64,000 bases of DNA, taken from Escherichia coli. Its GTDB lineage: Bacteria > Pseudomonadota > Gammaproteobacteria > Enterobacterales > Enterobacteriaceae. Made by a program: the position numbers and the translations under genes. Location of the stretch: assembly GCF_046105845.1 (NCBI RefSeq), contig NZ_CP151004.1. One strand, written 5' to 3'. Below the pieces are notes generated by a model, which made no database searches, was not told the DNA's origin, and saw only the letters and a program-made list of their open reading frames with translations. Positions 44,628 through 56,846 of the stretch are shown piece by piece. Within the stretch, counting starts at the first letter, position 1. The number at the start of each line of letters is the position of its first letter.

Positions 44628-46039
44628 TGCGCGCTCCTTTTTCGCCGCGAAATAGCTACATTTTGATGCGTATCGTTCGGCACTCTGGCAAAGATGAACG
44701 CCGGAAGGGCGATGATAAACGCCATGCTAAGCCAGGTGTACATAAAGACGGTTTGTGTGGTGCCGCTGTCGACGCTGACATGCTGTGAACCAAAAAGTCC
44801 CAGCAACAGCCCGGCGATAGTGACACCGATACTCATCGACAATTGCATAATCATCGACAGCAGGCTGTTTCCGCTGCTCGCCAGATTGTCCGGGAGATCT
44901 TTCAGCGTCAGGGTGTTCATGGAGGAGAAACGCGTTGAGTTGACCATTCCTTGTAAAAACAGGACGAACGGCAAAACGTAGTACCAGCCCAGCAGGGCGG
45001 TAGTCATAAACAACAGGGTGACCAGCGACAGACCCAGCGTGGTCGCTACCAGTACCCGACGATAACCAAAGCGATTCACCACCTGTACCACAATTCGCTT
45101 CATTCCCATGCTGCCGAGTACCATCGGGATCATCATCAGTCCGGCATGAAACGGCGAGAAACCGAGGCCAATTTGCAGGAAAACCGGTGTCATAAAGGGC
45201 AACATGCCACTGCCAATACGTCCGGCAAAGCTCCCCGCCAGGCCCAGCGAAAAGGTACGAGTGCGGAACAGTTTCAGACTGAACAGGGCGCGGTTGTTAT
45301 TTCTGGCGTGCAGCAGATAAAGCACCAGTGCCACCACGCCAACTGCGACCAGGCCAGCAATCGCCAGCGGCGATAAACCTGTACCTTTACTGCCGTCCAG
45401 CGCCAGGGTTAATACCGCCATGCCAACCGCCAGCAATAAAAAGCCGGAGAGATCAAAGCGCCGCGTCTGCATGGTGTAGTTCGGCATTAACATCAGTGTG
45501 GCGATCGCACCGATAATCCCCACCGGAATGTTGATCAAAAAGATCCAGTGCCAGGAGGCGTACTCCACCAGCAGGCCGCCGAGCGCCGGACCGAGCAGCG
45601 GCCCGACCTGACCGGGTAACGTGACAAAGGTCATCGCCGCCATATATTGCTCGCGTGGTACGATTTTCATCACCGTCAACCTGCCGACCGGCACCATCAT
45701 CGCGCCGCCAACGCCCTGTAACGCGCGTGCCAGCAACAGTTCGTTCAGCGTGCCGGAAAGCGCGCAAAACAGTGAACCGAGAGTAAACAGCACGATGGCG
45801 GTAAAGAAAATATTGCGCACGCCGACTTTGTCCGCCAGCCAGCCGCTGGCGGGCAGCATCACCGCCACGGTCAGTACATAAGAGACAATGACCATGTGCA
45901 TATGCAACGGACTTTCCCCGAGGCTTTGCGCCATTGAGGGAAGCGCGGTGTTAACGATGGTGGTGTCCAGCGACTGCATAAAAAAGCCGAAAGCCACAAT
46001 CCACAATTGCCAGCGGGTGCTGTCGGGAAGATCTGTCAT
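44624..46039 (-). CDS. mdtD: MFS transporter
   Basis: 471 aa. Confidence 0.95.
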   Translation of the reverse strand: MTDLPDSTRWQLWIVAFGFFMQSLDTTIVNTALPSMAQSLGESPLHMHMVIVSYVLTVAVMLPASGWLADKVGVRNIFFTAIVLFTLGSLFCALSGTLNELLLARALQGVGGAMMVPVGRLTVMKIVPREQYMAAMTFVTLPGQVGPLLGPALGGLLVEYASWHWIFLINIPVGIIGAIATLMLMPNYTMQTRRFDLSGFLLLAVGMAVLTLALDGSKGTGLSPLAIAGLVAVGVVALVLYLLHARNNNRALFSLKLFRTRTFSLGLAGSFAGRIGSGMLPFMTPVFLQIGLGFSPFHAGLMMIPMVLGSMGMKRIVVQVVNRFGYRRVLVATTLGLSLVTLLFMTTALLGWYYVLPFVLFLQGMVNSTRFSSMNTLTLKDLPDNLASSGNSLLSMIMQLSMSIGVTIAGLLLGLFGSQHVSVDSGTTQTVFMYTWLSMAFIIALPAFIFARVPNDTHQNVAISRRKRSAQ

Positions 46040-49000
46040 TTACTCGGTTACCGCTTGTTTAGGTTTACGCGAAAAACGCAGCCGCAGACGGTCGAAAAAG
46101 AGATACACCACCGGAGTGGTATACAGCGTCAGAAGCTGGCTCATTACCAGACCGCCGACAATGGTGATCCCCAATGGTTGCCGCAGCTCCGAGCCGTCAC
46201 CGCCCGACAATACCAGCGGCAGCGCGCCAAACAGCGCCGCCAGGGTAGTCATCATAATCGGGCGAAAACGCAGCAGGCAGGCCTGGAAAATAGCTTCCTG
46301 CGGCGTCAGGTTACCGTGCCGTTGAGCTTCAAGCGCAAAATCGACCATCATAATGGCGTTTTTCTTCACGATGCCGATTAATAGCATGATCCCTATCAGG
46401 GCGATTAGGCTGAACGGGGCATTGAACAGCTCCAGCGCCAACAGCGCTCCAACGCCCGCCGAGGGCAGGGTGGAGAGAATCGTCAGCGGATGTACGTAAC
46501 TCTCGTAAAGGATACCCAGCACGATATACACCGTGGCGATGGCGGCGATAATCAGGATCACCTGCGAGTTCATCGTCTCCTGGAACACCTGCGCCGTGCC
46601 GGCAAAACTGCCGCGCACCGTCGAAGGCACACCAAGCTGGGTCATTGCGCGATCGATCGCCGTACTGGCGTCCGAGAGCGATTTCCCGGTCGGCAGGTTA
46701 AACGAAATGGTCGATGCCGCCGATAATCCCTGATGATTCACCGACAGCGGAGCATTCGCCGGTTGCCATTTAGCGAAATACGACAGCGGGATCGCTTTTC
46801 CTTCGTTATTGATAACGAACATTTTTTCCAGCGCGCTGATGTCCTGGGTATAGCGCGGATCCACTTCCATCACCACTTTGTACTGGTTCATCGGCTGGTA
46901 AATGGTCGAGATTTGCCGCTGACCGAAGGCGTTATTTAACAGGCTGTTGGCGGCCTGCACGTCGATTCCCAGCCGCGCCATGGTGTCGCGGTCGTAAACC
47001 AGATTCATCTCCGCGCCGTTATCCTGCTGATCGGAGTTCACGTCCGCCAGCTCTGGCAATGTCGCCAGTTTTTTGCTGATTTTCGGCTCCCATTCGCGCA
47101 GTGCCGCCAGGTCGTCGGATAGCAACGTGTACTGATAGCTGGCGTTCGACTGACGTCCGCCAACGCGAATATCCTGTACCGCCATCAGGAACAGATTCGC
47201 CCCCGGTTCTTTCGCCAGTTTTACGCGCAGACGGTCGATAATTTGCTGCGCCGTTTCGCTGCGTTCGTCGCGTGGCTTGAGGGTGATAAACATCATCCCA
47301 CTGTTCACCCGCGAACCGCCGGTAAATCCGGTGACATTATCCACCGCCGGATCGTCACGGATAATTTTCATGAAATCCTGCAACTTACCGCGCATTGCCT
47401 GAAACGAAATACTCTGATCCGCCTGTATCCCGCCCATCAACACGCCGGTGTCCTGCTCCGGGAAGAAGGTTTTCGGGATCGAGATATATAGCCAGATATT
47501 CAGCGCAATGGTGCCAAGCAGCACCACGCCCACCAGACGGGTATGATTGAGCACCCATTTCAGCGACTTGCCATAGCCTTGTTGCAGGGCTACCAACATG
47601 CGACCAAAACCACGCAGTCGCTTTTGCTCGCGCGGCTTGCTGGCTTTCAGCATCCAGCCACACATCATCGGCGTTAGCGTCAGGGAAACCAGCAACGAAA
47701 TACCAATGGCGACAGAAAGCGTCACGGCAAACTCGCGTAACAGTCGGCCCGGCAATCCGCCCATCAACAGCAGCGGCAGGAACACCGCCACCAGTGACAG
47801 ACTCATCGACAGCACCGTAAAACCGACTTCGCGAGTACCTTGCAGTGCGGCTTGCAACGGTTTCATTCCCGCTTCCAGATGACGTGCAATGTTTTCCAGC
47901 ACCACGATGGCGTCATCCACCACGAAACCAGTAGCAATGGTGAGCGCCATTAACGAAAGATTATTGAGACTGAAACCGCACAGGTACATCGCCGCAAACG
48001 TACCAATCAGCGAAACCGGCACCGCAACGGCGGGAATAATAGTGGCGCGACCCGAGCGCAGGAATAAAAAGACCACCAGAATGACCAGCGCCACCGAGAT
48101 AATCAGCGTTTGCTCGACTTCCTCCAGCGAGGCGCGAATAGTGGGGGAGCGATCCTGGGCAATTTGCAGATCAATCGCCGCCGGAATGGTCTCCTGCAAC
48201 TCCGGTAATTTTGCCCGGATGCTGTCAACCGTCTGGATAATATTGGCTTCCGGCAGCTTGCGGATCATCAGCAAAATAGCCGGTTTGGCATTGGTCATCC
48301 CGGCGTTACGTACATCCTGTACAGAGTCGGTCACCGTCGCCACATCGCCCAGACGAACCGCGCCGCCGTTGTTGTAATGAATAATCAACGGCTGATATTC
48401 AGCGGCTGTTTTCAGTTCATCGTTGGTCTGGATCTGCCAGCGGTGAGTGCCATCTTCCAGCGCGCCCTGCGGTTTACGCACGTTGGCATTGCTGATGGCG
48501 GTGCGTACGTCGTCCAGCGACACGCCCTGATTAAACAGCGCCTGCGGATTCAGCCCGACGCGTACGGCGGGCAGTGAGCTGCCGCCGACATCGACATCAC
48601 CAACACCGTCGATTTGCGAAATCGTCGGAGCCAGCTGCGTCGAGGCGAAATCGTACAGTTCACCCTGCGAATAAGTATCGGACGTCAGCGTGAGGATCAT
48701 AATTGGCGCATCCGACGGGTTCGCTTTGCGATAGGTCGGACGGCTGGGCATCCCACTGGGCAGCAAACTTTGTGCAGCGTTGATCGCCGCCTGCACATCA
48801 CGCGCTGCGCCGTTGATATCCCGGTCAAAATCAAACTGCAAAATAATGCGCGTGCTGCCGAGCGAACTGCTGGAGGTCATTTCACTAACCCCGGCAATGC
48901 GCCCAAGTGAGCGCTCCAGCGGTGTGGCAACGGAAGACGCCATTGTTTCTGGTGACGCACCGGGCAGCGAGGCGCTGACCATAATCACCGGAAAATCGAC

Positions 49001-49117
49001 CTGCGGCAGTGGGGCGACCGGCAGCATACGGAAGCCCAGTATGCCGCACAGGGTAATGGCGACCGACAGTAAAATCGTCGCCACCGGGCGGTAAATGAAG
49101 AGGGCAAAAAACTTCAC
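46040..49117 (-). CDS. mdtC: RND multidrug efflux pump subunit
   Basis: 1025 aa. Confidence 0.95.
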   Translation of the reverse strand: MKFFALFIYRPVATILLSVAITLCGILGFRMLPVAPLPQVDFPVIMVSASLPGASPETMASSVATPLERSLGRIAGVSEMTSSSSLGSTRIILQFDFDRDINGAARDVQAAINAAQSLLPSGMPSRPTYRKANPSDAPIMILTLTSDTYSQGELYDFASTQLAPTISQIDGVGDVDVGGSSLPAVRVGLNPQALFNQGVSLDDVRTAISNANVRKPQGALEDGTHRWQIQTNDELKTAAEYQPLIIHYNNGGAVRLGDVATVTDSVQDVRNAGMTNAKPAILLMIRKLPEANIIQTVDSIRAKLPELQETIPAAIDLQIAQDRSPTIRASLEEVEQTLIISVALVILVVFLFLRSGRATIIPAVAVPVSLIGTFAAMYLCGFSLNNLSLMALTIATGFVVDDAIVVLENIARHLEAGMKPLQAALQGTREVGFTVLSMSLSLVAVFLPLLLMGGLPGRLLREFAVTLSVAIGISLLVSLTLTPMMCGWMLKASKPREQKRLRGFGRMLVALQQGYGKSLKWVLNHTRLVGVVLLGTIALNIWLYISIPKTFFPEQDTGVLMGGIQADQSISFQAMRGKLQDFMKIIRDDPAVDNVTGFTGGSRVNSGMMFITLKPRDERSETAQQIIDRLRVKLAKEPGANLFLMAVQDIRVGGRQSNASYQYTLLSDDLAALREWEPKISKKLATLPELADVNSDQQDNGAEMNLVYDRDTMARLGIDVQAANSLLNNAFGQRQISTIYQPMNQYKVVMEVDPRYTQDISALEKMFVINNEGKAIPLSYFAKWQPANAPLSVNHQGLSAASTISFNLPTGKSLSDASTAIDRAMTQLGVPSTVRGSFAGTAQVFQETMNSQVILIIAAIATVYIVLGILYESYVHPLTILSTLPSAGVGALLALELFNAPFSLIALIGIMLLIGIVKKNAIMMVDFALEAQRHGNLTPQEAIFQACLLRFRPIMMTTLAALFGALPLVLSGGDGSELRQPLGITIVGGLVMSQLLTLYTTPVVYLFFDRLRLRFSRKPKQAVTE

Positions 49118-52100
49118 TTACGCCTCCTCTTCATGACGGGCAAAGCGACTTTTGGTCCACAATGCCAGGCGGTCGAACAGCAGATAAATCACCGGCGTGG
49201 TGAACAGCGTCAGCACCTGGCTGACAATCAGACCGCCGACCATGCCGATACCTAACGGACGACGCAGTTCCGCGCCGACCCCGGTACTCAACATCAGCGG
49301 CAGCGCGCCAAGCAGAGCCGCCAGAGTGGTCATCAGGATCGGCCGAAAACGCAACAGACAAGCCTGGTAGATGGCATCGCGCGGCGACATGCCTTGCTCG
49401 CGCTCAGCAGCCAGCGCGAAGTCGATCATCATGATGGCGTTCTTCTTCACGATACCGATCAGCAAAATAATGCCGATAATTGCAATCACATCCAGTTCGC
49501 TACCAGCAATCATTAACGCCAGCAGTGCGCCAACACCTGCGGTGGGTAGCGTCGAGAGAATGGTGATCGGGTGAATAAAGCTCTCGTACAGAATGCCGAG
49601 CACGATATACATCGCCACCACCGCCGCGACAATCAGCCAGACAGTGCTGCCTAGCGCCGACTGGAAGGCGAGGGTGCTGCCCTGGAATTGCGTGGTGATA
49701 TCCACCGGCAGATTCAGCGTCTTTTCGGTGTCCATAATCGCCTGCACCGCATCGCCCAGCGAATAGTTATCCGGCACGTTAAAGGAGATAGTCGTTACCG
49801 GGAACTGATCCAGATGGTTGATGGAGAGCGGCGCAAAACGCTGCTCAATTTTGGCAATTGAGCTTAGCGGCACCACGCCGCCGTCGCTGCTGGTCAGGCG
49901 AATGGTATCCAGCGCCGCGAGGCCTGGGGTATTTTCGGTGTTGTGTTCCAGCACCACGCGATACTGGTTAGCCTGAGTATAAATAGTGGAAATCAGCCGC
50001 TGACCAAACGCGTTGTACAGGGCGTTATCGACGTCCGCCATGCTGATCCCCAGACGGCTGGCGCTGTCGCGATCAACATTGACATACGCCACCAGCCCTT
50101 TGTCCTGCCAGTCGCTGGAGACATCAGATAGCTGTGGCAACTGCTGGAGTTTTTCCATCAACTGTGGCACCCAGGTACTGAGCGCATCCAGTGACGTGGC
50201 CTGCAAGGTAAACTGGTACTGGGTGCGGCTGACCTGAGTATCGATGGTCAGGTCCTGCGTTGGTTGCAGGAAGAGATCGACGCCCGGCACTTTATCCACC
50301 GCCGTTTGCAGACGGGCGATGACTTTTTGCACCCGATCATCACGTTCATCCAACGGTTTGAGGTTGATCTGCAAACGCGCACTGTTCAGCGACGGGTTAG
50401 TGCCATCAACGCCAACAAATGAGGTCAGACTTTGCACTGCCGGATCCTGCAAAATCACATCCGCGACCTGGCGTTGCCGCTGGGCCATATTGGTAAAGGA
50501 GCTGGATTGCGGTGCCTGCAAAGTGCCCTGAATAATGCCGTTGTCCTGTACCGGGAAGAAACCTTTCGGAATGAACACCCACAACAGCACGCTAAGCAGC
50601 AGCGTGCTGAGCGCCACGCTTAAGGTCAGCCACGGATGATTCAGCACTTTCGCCAGTCCACGACCATAGGCGGCGATTATCCTGTCGAACATTTTCTCCG
50701 AGGCTCGGGAGAAGCGATTCTGTTTACGCAGCGACTCCTGGCTGAGCATCCGCGCGCACATCATCGGCGTCAGAGTCAGCGACACCACGGCTGAGATCAA
50801 AATCGCGACTGCCAGAGTAATAGCAAATTCGCGGAACAGTCGCCCGACGATATCGCCCATAAATAGCAGTGGGATCAACACTGCAATCAGTGAGAAGGTC
50901 AGCGAGATAATGGTAAAGCCGATTTCACCCGCGCCCTTGAGCGCCGCCGCCAACGGTTTTTCGCCTTTTTCGATATAGCGGGAAATGTTTTCGATTACCA
51001 CGATGGCGTCATCGACCACGAATCCGGTGGCGATAGTTAACGCCATCAGCGTCAGGTTATTGATTGAAAAATCGAGAAACACCATAACCGCAAAGGTGCC
51101 AATTAACGACAGCGGCACTGCGACGCCAGGAATGATGGTCGCCGGAATATTGCGCAAAAACAGGTAGATAATCATGACTACCAGCGCGATAGCCATCATC
51201 AGTTCAAACTGGGTATCGTCGACCGATGCGCGGATGTTGGTGGTGCGGTCAGAAAGCACCGTCACTTTTACCGATTTCGGCAAACTCTCGGTGAGTTGTG
51301 GCAGCATCTGCCGGATGCTGTCGGCGGTGGAGATAATGTTAGCACCGGGCTGGCGCTGAACATTCATCACAATGGCCTGTTCTTTGTTCGCCCACGCGCC
51401 GAGCCAGCTGTTTTCTGCTCCTTGCTCTACGGTTGCGACATCGCCCAGACGAATCGGCGCGCCGTTCTGGTAGGCGATGATCAGCTGGCGATACTCTTCG
51501 GCGGATTGCATCTGGTCGTTCGCGGAAAGTGTGACCGCACGGGAAGGGCCGTCGAGGCTACCTTTTGCCGAGTTAACGTTAGCGCCGGTAATAGCGGTGC
51601 GCACGGTTTCGCTGGTCAGGCCGAGGGCGGCAATCGCCTGGGCGTTAAGTTTGACGCGAACAGCCGGACGCTGGCCGCCGGAAAGCGTCACCAGGCCGAC
51701 GCCGGAAATCTGCGAGATTTTTTGCGCGACGCGGGTTTCCACCATATCTTCCACCTGGGTCATCGGCATGGCGGTTGAGGTGACAGCGAGCGTCATGATT
51801 GGCGGATCTGCCGGGTTCACTTTGCTGTAAACCGGCGGGTTAGGCAGATCGCTCGGTAGCAGGTTGGTCGCAGCGTTAATCGCGGCCTGCACTTCCTGCT
51901 CGGCGACATCCAGCGGTAATGTTAGCTGGAACTGCAAAGTGATAACTGACGCACCGCCGGAACTTTGCGACGACATCTGTTTCAGGCCAGACATCTGCCC
52001 AAACTGGCGTTCAAGCGGCGCGGTAACGGCAGAGGTCATGACATCCGGGCTCGCACCTGGGTAGAGCGTGACTACCTGAATGGTCGGATAGTCCACTTCC

Positions 52101-52240
52101 GGCAGCGCCGAAACGGGCAGGGCACGATAACCGATAATCCCGGCGAGTAAGATCGCCACCATCAGCAGCGTGGTGGCGACAGGACGCATAATAAACAGGC
52201 GCGATGGGCCGCCTGTGATGCTCGGGGGTAACACCTGCAT
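49118..52240 (-). CDS. mdtB: RND multidrug efflux pump subunit
   Basis: 1040 aa. Confidence 0.95.
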   Translation of the reverse strand: MQVLPPSITGGPSRLFIMRPVATTLLMVAILLAGIIGYRALPVSALPEVDYPTIQVVTLYPGASPDVMTSAVTAPLERQFGQMSGLKQMSSQSSGGASVITLQFQLTLPLDVAEQEVQAAINAATNLLPSDLPNPPVYSKVNPADPPIMTLAVTSTAMPMTQVEDMVETRVAQKISQISGVGLVTLSGGQRPAVRVKLNAQAIAALGLTSETVRTAITGANVNSAKGSLDGPSRAVTLSANDQMQSAEEYRQLIIAYQNGAPIRLGDVATVEQGAENSWLGAWANKEQAIVMNVQRQPGANIISTADSIRQMLPQLTESLPKSVKVTVLSDRTTNIRASVDDTQFELMMAIALVVMIIYLFLRNIPATIIPGVAVPLSLIGTFAVMVFLDFSINNLTLMALTIATGFVVDDAIVVIENISRYIEKGEKPLAAALKGAGEIGFTIISLTFSLIAVLIPLLFMGDIVGRLFREFAITLAVAILISAVVSLTLTPMMCARMLSQESLRKQNRFSRASEKMFDRIIAAYGRGLAKVLNHPWLTLSVALSTLLLSVLLWVFIPKGFFPVQDNGIIQGTLQAPQSSSFTNMAQRQRQVADVILQDPAVQSLTSFVGVDGTNPSLNSARLQINLKPLDERDDRVQKVIARLQTAVDKVPGVDLFLQPTQDLTIDTQVSRTQYQFTLQATSLDALSTWVPQLMEKLQQLPQLSDVSSDWQDKGLVAYVNVDRDSASRLGISMADVDNALYNAFGQRLISTIYTQANQYRVVLEHNTENTPGLAALDTIRLTSSDGGVVPLSSIAKIEQRFAPLSINHLDQFPVTTISFNVPDNYSLGDAVQAIMDTEKTLNLPVDITTQFQGSTLAFQSALGSTVWLIVAAVVAMYIVLGILYESFIHPITILSTLPTAGVGALLALMIAGSELDVIAIIGIILLIGIVKKNAIMMIDFALAAEREQGMSPRDAIYQACLLRFRPILMTTLAALLGALPLMLSTGVGAELRRPLGIGMVGGLIVSQVLTLFTTPVIYLLFDRLALWTKSRFARHEEEA

Positions 52241-53487
52241 CAGGAGCGTGCTCCTTTTTTCGCGTATTCGCGGCTGGTGGCTTTCTCTTCCGGAGTGGTG
52301 GCGCTCTGGGCTTCCACTACTTCCACTTTCGCCCCTTCGGTCAGGCGATCAATGCCGTCTGTCACTACGCGGTCGCCCGCAGAAATACCTGCGCGGATCA
52401 CTACTTTCTGACTGTCCTGAATGCCCGGCGTCACCAGATGTTTGCTGACCTTGTTTTCGCTATTCAGCACCCAGACAAAATGGCCTTCGTTGCCCATTTG
52501 CAGAGCGGCGGTGGGGATCACCACGGCGTTTTGTTCGGTGTCGACTAACATACGCGCGTTAACAAACTGATTGGGAAACAGCGCATCATCCTGATTATTA
52601 AAGCGTGCTTTCACTTTAATCGTACCGGTAGTGGCATCGATTTGGTTATCGAGGCTTAACAGCGTGCCTTCACTTAATTTCTTCGAGTTGGTGCGATCCC
52701 AGGCTTCTACCACCAGCGGTTTTCCGGTTTTTTGCGCCTGTACTACGGTAGCGATATCGCTTTCCGGCAGGGTAAAGAGCAAATCGATAGGATGCGTCTG
52801 GGTGATCACCACAATCCCGGTGGTATCACCACTGGAGATTTGGTTACCAACATCAACCTGCTTGAGACCAACGCGACCATCGACTGGCGCGGTGATGCGG
52901 CTCCAGTCGAGTTGCAGCTGTGCGCTGGCGACGCTTGCTTCATCAGCCTTAATGGTGCCTTCGGTTTCACTGACCAGCGCCTGTTGGGCATCCAGTTCCT
53001 GACGAGATACGAGATTGGTTTTTACCAGTTGTTGATAACGCGCCAGGTCACGGCGGGCGTTGGCAAGCGTGGCTTTATCTTTTGCCAGTTGGCCCTGGGC
53101 TTGTGCTAATGCAACTTTGAACTGGCTTGGGTCAATTTCTGCCAGTAAATCGCCTGCTTTGACCTGCTGGCCTTCCTGGAAATGTAACGCCATCAGTTGA
53201 CCGTCCACGCGGCTGCGCACCGTAACGGTATTAGCGGCGGTAATGGTGCCAAGCCCGGTGAGATAACGTGGCACAGCTTGTTCTACGGCAGTCGCCGCCT
53301 GAACCGGGGCTAATGGACCGGAACGCATACCACGGCGACCACCCGCTGGCGATTGCTGCGCTTGTTTCGTCGCCCCTGGGGCTGCACTCTGGGAGTCATT
53401 GCGGCCTTGCCAGAACCAGAATGCGGCGATGGCGGCGATAACCACCACGATTACGATTACCCAACGGGATTTATAACTGCCTTTCAT
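52240..53487 (-). CDS. mdtA: RND membrane-fusion (periplasmic adaptor) protein
   Basis: 415 aa from [12 protein letters not shown]; ORF track extends 49 codons further upstream. Confidence 0.9.
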   Translation of the reverse strand: MKGSYKSRWVIVIVVVIAAIAAFWFWQGRNDSQSAAPGATKQAQQSPAGGRRGMRSGPLAPVQAATAVEQAVPRYLTGLGTITAANTVTVRSRVDGQLMALHFQEGQQVKAGDLLAEIDPSQFKVALAQAQGQLAKDKATLANARRDLARYQQLVKTNLVSRQELDAQQALVSETEGTIKADEASVASAQLQLDWSRITAPVDGRVGLKQVDVGNQISSGDTTGIVVITQTHPIDLLFTLPESDIATVVQAQKTGKPLVVEAWDRTNSKKLSEGTLLSLDNQIDATTGTIKVKARFNNQDDALFPNQFVNARMLVDTEQNAVVIPTAALQMGNEGHFVWVLNSENKVSKHLVTPGIQDSQKVVIRAGISAGDRVVTDGIDRLTEGAKVEVVEAQSATTPEEKATSREYAKKGARS

Positions 53488-53540
53488 CGTTAAGAGTTTC
53501 TCTTCCTGAAACGTTTCGCGGAATGATACTAGTGTAGCCA

Positions 53541-53558
53541 GCCAATAAGGGAGAAAAA
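53541..53558 (-). promoter_or_regulatory. BaeR box upstream of mdtA
   Basis: Minus-strand TTTTTCTCCCTTATTGGC, 17 of 18 match to recalled consensus TTTTTCTCCATDATTGGC. Confidence 0.6.
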
Positions 53559-53689
53559 TGGAGGAATTATGAAACACTGTCGGGAATCGTCTGAATGACG
53601 GGCACATTTGCGAGCACGCATCCAGTAATAACACATGAAACTATTTTATCTACGCGTTAGCGATAGACTACGTGCATGGCGAAAGGAGG

Positions 53690-53850
53690 TAAGCCGATGA
53701 TTTCAGCGGGACGCTGAAACGGGAAAGCCCCTCCCGAGGAAGGGGCCATAAATAAGGAAAGGGTCATGATGAAGCTACTCATCATCGTGGTGCTCTTAGT
53801 CATTAGCTGGCCAGCTTACTAAGACTACCAGGGCGGGGGAAACCCCGCTC
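53690..53850 (-). ncRNA. Sib-type antisense sRNA antitoxin, copy 1 (approximate ends)
   Basis: Inferred from known ibs/sib architecture; hairpins flank the ibs ORF. Confidence 0.45.
53766..53822 (+). CDS. Ibs-family toxin peptide MMKLLIIVVLLVISWPAY
   Basis: 18-aa hydrophobic ORF with AGGAAAGGG ribosome-binding site; not in ORF track. Confidence 0.75.
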   Translation: MMKLLIIVVLLVISWPAY

Positions 53851-54019
53851 TACCCTCACTCCTGAAAGTATGCCTTCACGATAAGATTGTCAATCTGCAG
53901 GCTTTGCAGTCTGCGATCCTGCCAGCAAATATTCTTTGCGAGACGTTACGCAATAATCACACTGGAAACTATTTTATCCGCAAGTCAGCGATAGACTGCA
54001 TTCAGGGCGAAAGGAGGTA

Positions 54020-54180
54020 AGCCGACGATTTCAGCGGGACGCTGAAACGGGAAAGCCCCTCCCGAGGAAGGGGCCTTAAATAAGGAAAGGGTCATGATGA
54101 AGATACTCATCATCGTGGTGCTCTTAGTGATTAGCTACCCAGCATACTAAGACTACCAGGGCGGGGGAAACCCCGCTCTA
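54020..54180 (-). ncRNA. Sib-type antisense sRNA antitoxin, copy 2 (approximate ends)
   Basis: Inferred from repeat architecture. Confidence 0.45.
54094..54150 (+). CDS. Ibs-family toxin peptide MMKILIIVVLLVISYPAY
   Basis: Second repeat unit, same architecture. Confidence 0.75.
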   Translation: MMKILIIVVLLVISYPAY

Positions 54181-54349
54181 CCCTCACTCCTGAAATTATG
54201 CCTTCACGATAAGATTGTCAATCCGCAGGCTTTGCAGTCTGCGATCCTGCCAGCAAATATTCTTTGCGAGTCGTTACGCAATAATCACAGAGGAAACTAT
54301 TTTATTCACGCGTTAGCGATAGACTGCATTCAGGGCGAAAGGAGGTAAG

Positions 54350-54510
54350 CCGACGATTTCAGCGGGACGCTGAAACGGGAAACCCTCTCCCGGAGAAGAG
54401 GGCTTTTAATAAGGAAAGGGTTATGATGAAGCACGTCATCATACTGGTGATACTCTTAGTGATTAGCTTCCAGGCTTACTAAGAACACCAGGGGGAGGGG
54501 GAAACCTCTC
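54350..54510 (-). ncRNA. Sib-type antisense sRNA antitoxin, copy 3 (approximate ends)
   Basis: Inferred from repeat architecture. Confidence 0.45.
54423..54482 (+). CDS. ibsA: Ibs-family toxin peptide MMKHVIILVILLVISFQAY
   Basis: Third repeat unit; peptide matches recalled K-12 IbsA. Confidence 0.75.
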   Translation: MMKHVIILVILLVISFQAY

Positions 54511-54702
54511 CCTAACCCTCACTCCTGAAATTATGTCACTCCGCCCTTAGTGTCAATCGACGGCTCTCCGTTCTTGCGAGGCGAATAGCAAAATTTTCTG
54601 CGCCGCCGGGCCTAATTCTGAAAGTTTCTTCGTTTGCTCTTATTTCATTATTGCAATCGGTATGATACCGGACCTCGATAATTCTCTAAGAAAGGATTTC
54701 TT

Positions 54703-55362
54703 ATGAGCGAACAAATCACGTTTGCCACCAGCGATTTTGCCAGTAACCCGGAACCACGTTGCCCCTGCATTTTGCTGTTGGATGTTTCTGGTTCGATGAG
54801 TGGTAGACCTATTAATGAACTTAACGCCGGATTGGTTACCTTTCGCGATGAACTGCTTGCCGATTCGCTGGCCTTAAAAAGAGTGGAACTCGGCATTGTG
54901 ACGTTCGGCCCGGTGCATGTGGAACAACCCTTTACCAGCGCCGCTAATTTTTTCCCGCCCATCCTGTTTGCCCAGGGCGATACACCAATGGGCGCTGCCA
55001 TTACCAAAGCCCTGGATATGGTTGAGGAGCGCAAACGTGAGTATCGTGCAAATGGTATTTCCTATTATCGCCCGTGGATTTTCCTGATCACCGATGGCGC
55101 TCCAACCGATGAGTGGCAGGCTGCCGCCAACAAAGTGTTTCAGGGGGAAGAAGATAAGAAGTTTGCCTTCTTTACCATTGGTGTACAGGGGGCGGATATG
55201 AAGACGCTGGCACAAATCAGCGTTCGTCAGCCTTTGCCACTGCAGGGATTACAATTCCGTGAACTGTTTAGCTGGTTATCCAGTTCGCTGCGTTCGGTTT
55301 CCCGCTCCACGCCGGGAACGGAAGTTGTGCTGGAAGCGCCAAAAGGCTGGACGTCAGTGTGA
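54703..55362 (+). CDS. yegL: VWA-domain protein ([13 protein letters not shown])
   Basis: 219 aa. Confidence 0.9.
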   Translation: MSEQITFATSDFASNPEPRCPCILLLDVSGSMSGRPINELNAGLVTFRDELLADSLALKRVELGIVTFGPVHVEQPFTSAANFFPPILFAQGDTPMGAAITKALDMVEERKREYRANGISYYRPWIFLITDGAPTDEWQAAANKVFQGEEDKKFAFFTIGVQGADMKTLAQISVRQPLPLQGLQFRELFSWLSSSLRSVSRSTPGTEVVLEAPKGWTSV

Positions 55363-56120
55363 GCTGGCGTCTGGTCTATGCATCAGCTGTTGGAACGTCG
55401 CACATCAGCGCGGACTTGCCTTGCCAGGATGCCTGCCAGATGCAGGTTGCCTGGCTAAATGACCAGCAGCCATTATTGACGGTATTTGTCGCTGATGGCG
55501 CAGGCAGTGTCTCGCAGGGTGGCGAAGGCGCGATGCTCGCCGTCAATGAAGCGATGGCTTATATGTCGCAAAAAGTGCAGGGTGGGGAATTGGGGCTTAA
55601 TGATGTCCTCGCCACGGATATTGTGCTGACTATTCGTCAGCGACTTTTTGCCGAGGCAGAGGCCAAAGAATTAGCGGTTCGCGATTTTGCCTGCACATTT
55701 CTGGGACTGATTTCATCGCCTGACGGCACCTTGATTATGCAGATTGGCGATGGCGGCATGGTGGTAGATTTGGGTCACGGTCTGCAATTGCCTCTCACGC
55801 CGATGGTGGGTGAATATGCCAATATGACGCACTTCATTACCGACGAAGATGCCGTTTCCAGACTGGAAACTTTCACCAGCACTGGGCGTGCGCACAAAGT
55901 TGCAGCATTTACGGATGGTATCCAGCGACTGGCGTTAAATATGCTGGATAATTCTCCTTATGTGCCTTTCTTTACCCCGTTTTTCAATGGACTGGCGTCA
56001 GCAACGCAGGAACAATTCGATTTATTACCTGAATTGTTAAAGCAGTTTTTGTCCAGCCCGGCGGTAAACGAGCGTACGGATGATGATAAAACGTTGGCAC
56101 TGGCGCTGTGGGCAGAGTGA
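55359..56120 (+). CDS. yegK: PP2C-like Ser/Thr protein phosphatase
   Basis: 253 aa, GTG start overlapping yegL stop; recalled as PphC. Confidence 0.85.
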   Translation: MSWRLVYASAVGTSHISADLPCQDACQMQVAWLNDQQPLLTVFVADGAGSVSQGGEGAMLAVNEAMAYMSQKVQGGELGLNDVLATDIVLTIRQRLFAEAEAKELAVRDFACTFLGLISSPDGTLIMQIGDGGMVVDLGHGLQLPLTPMVGEYANMTHFITDEDAVSRLETFTSTGRAHKVAAFTDGIQRLALNMLDNSPYVPFFTPFFNGLASATQEQFDLLPELLKQFLSSPAVNERTDDDKTLALALWAE

Positions 56121-56184
56121 GTTTCTCATGGCGGTTGAAGACAACAATTCAACCGCCAGTTTAAACAATAAATATAACGGCTGA

Positions 56185-56646
56185 TTAGCGAACTAATTTT
56201 GCTCTTAGCTCGTCGGCTTCTTCTTTTGGATAGGTGACCAATAAAGGATCAATGGTATAACCGCCGTAAATTTTATCCCCGCGTGTATACATCCAGTCTG
56301 AAATATCTTCTTTCTTGATTTTCCACTCCTGGCCATATTCTACGTTTGTAACAATACCAGGGTCATTGCTAATTACGCCAATAAACATGCCGTTAGAATA
56401 AGTGACATCCGTAAGCCAGAAATGCTCGGTTCTTCCGTGATCGGTTATCGGGGCTTTGACTGCGAAAGTATCGGCATCTTTTTTATTCATAACCTCGATG
56501 AATTTATCGGTTTCTTTCCGCGCATGTTGAATGGCGTCAGACATCGCTTGTTTATCATAACCTCCCGTCACTAACGTATCCGAAACTTCACTAAAGCCCG
56601 CGGTAGTAAAAAATAGCAGACTCAACATAAGTAATATCTTTTTCAT
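56185..56646 (-). CDS. yegJ: Secreted DUF2314-type small protein
   Basis: 153 aa with signal peptide. Confidence 0.8.
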   Translation of the reverse strand: MKKILLMLSLLFFTTAGFSEVSDTLVTGGYDKQAMSDAIQHARKETDKFIEVMNKKDADTFAVKAPITDHGRTEHFWLTDVTYSNGMFIGVISNDPGIVTNVEYGQEWKIKKEDISDWMYTRGDKIYGGYTIDPLLVTYPKEEADELRAKLVR

Positions 56647-56846
56647 CTTTTCTCCAGAATCCCTGTGTAGTAAAAGTTAGCAAAAAACCTGTGGAAGTGA
56701 ATCATTATCAGGTTGGAATTGAATTGTATCCTGATGAAATTGCATTATCATTTTTATTCTTGAGTGGGACTCTTCCAATATGGAAATAATTATAATGGGC
56801 AGTGTTATTATTCATTAAAATATAATATGACTGCCCTTGAAACATT

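Larger units (their letters stand above)
53600..54600. repeat. Array of three tandem ibs/sib type I toxin-antitoxin units, period about 328 bp
   Basis: Unit starts at 53637, 53965 and 54293 (gaaactattttat...). Confidence 0.85.

Noticed and set aside
46007-52150. Numerous 60-160-aa ORFs on the plus strand across mdtB and mdtC
   Set aside because: All are antisense to long, recognisable RND pump genes; typical GC-rich shadow ORFs
53600-54600. Possible CRISPR array (tandem repeats)
   Set aside because: Repeat period is about 328 bp with internal small ORFs and hairpins; no 25-40-bp direct repeats with unique spacers and no cas genes
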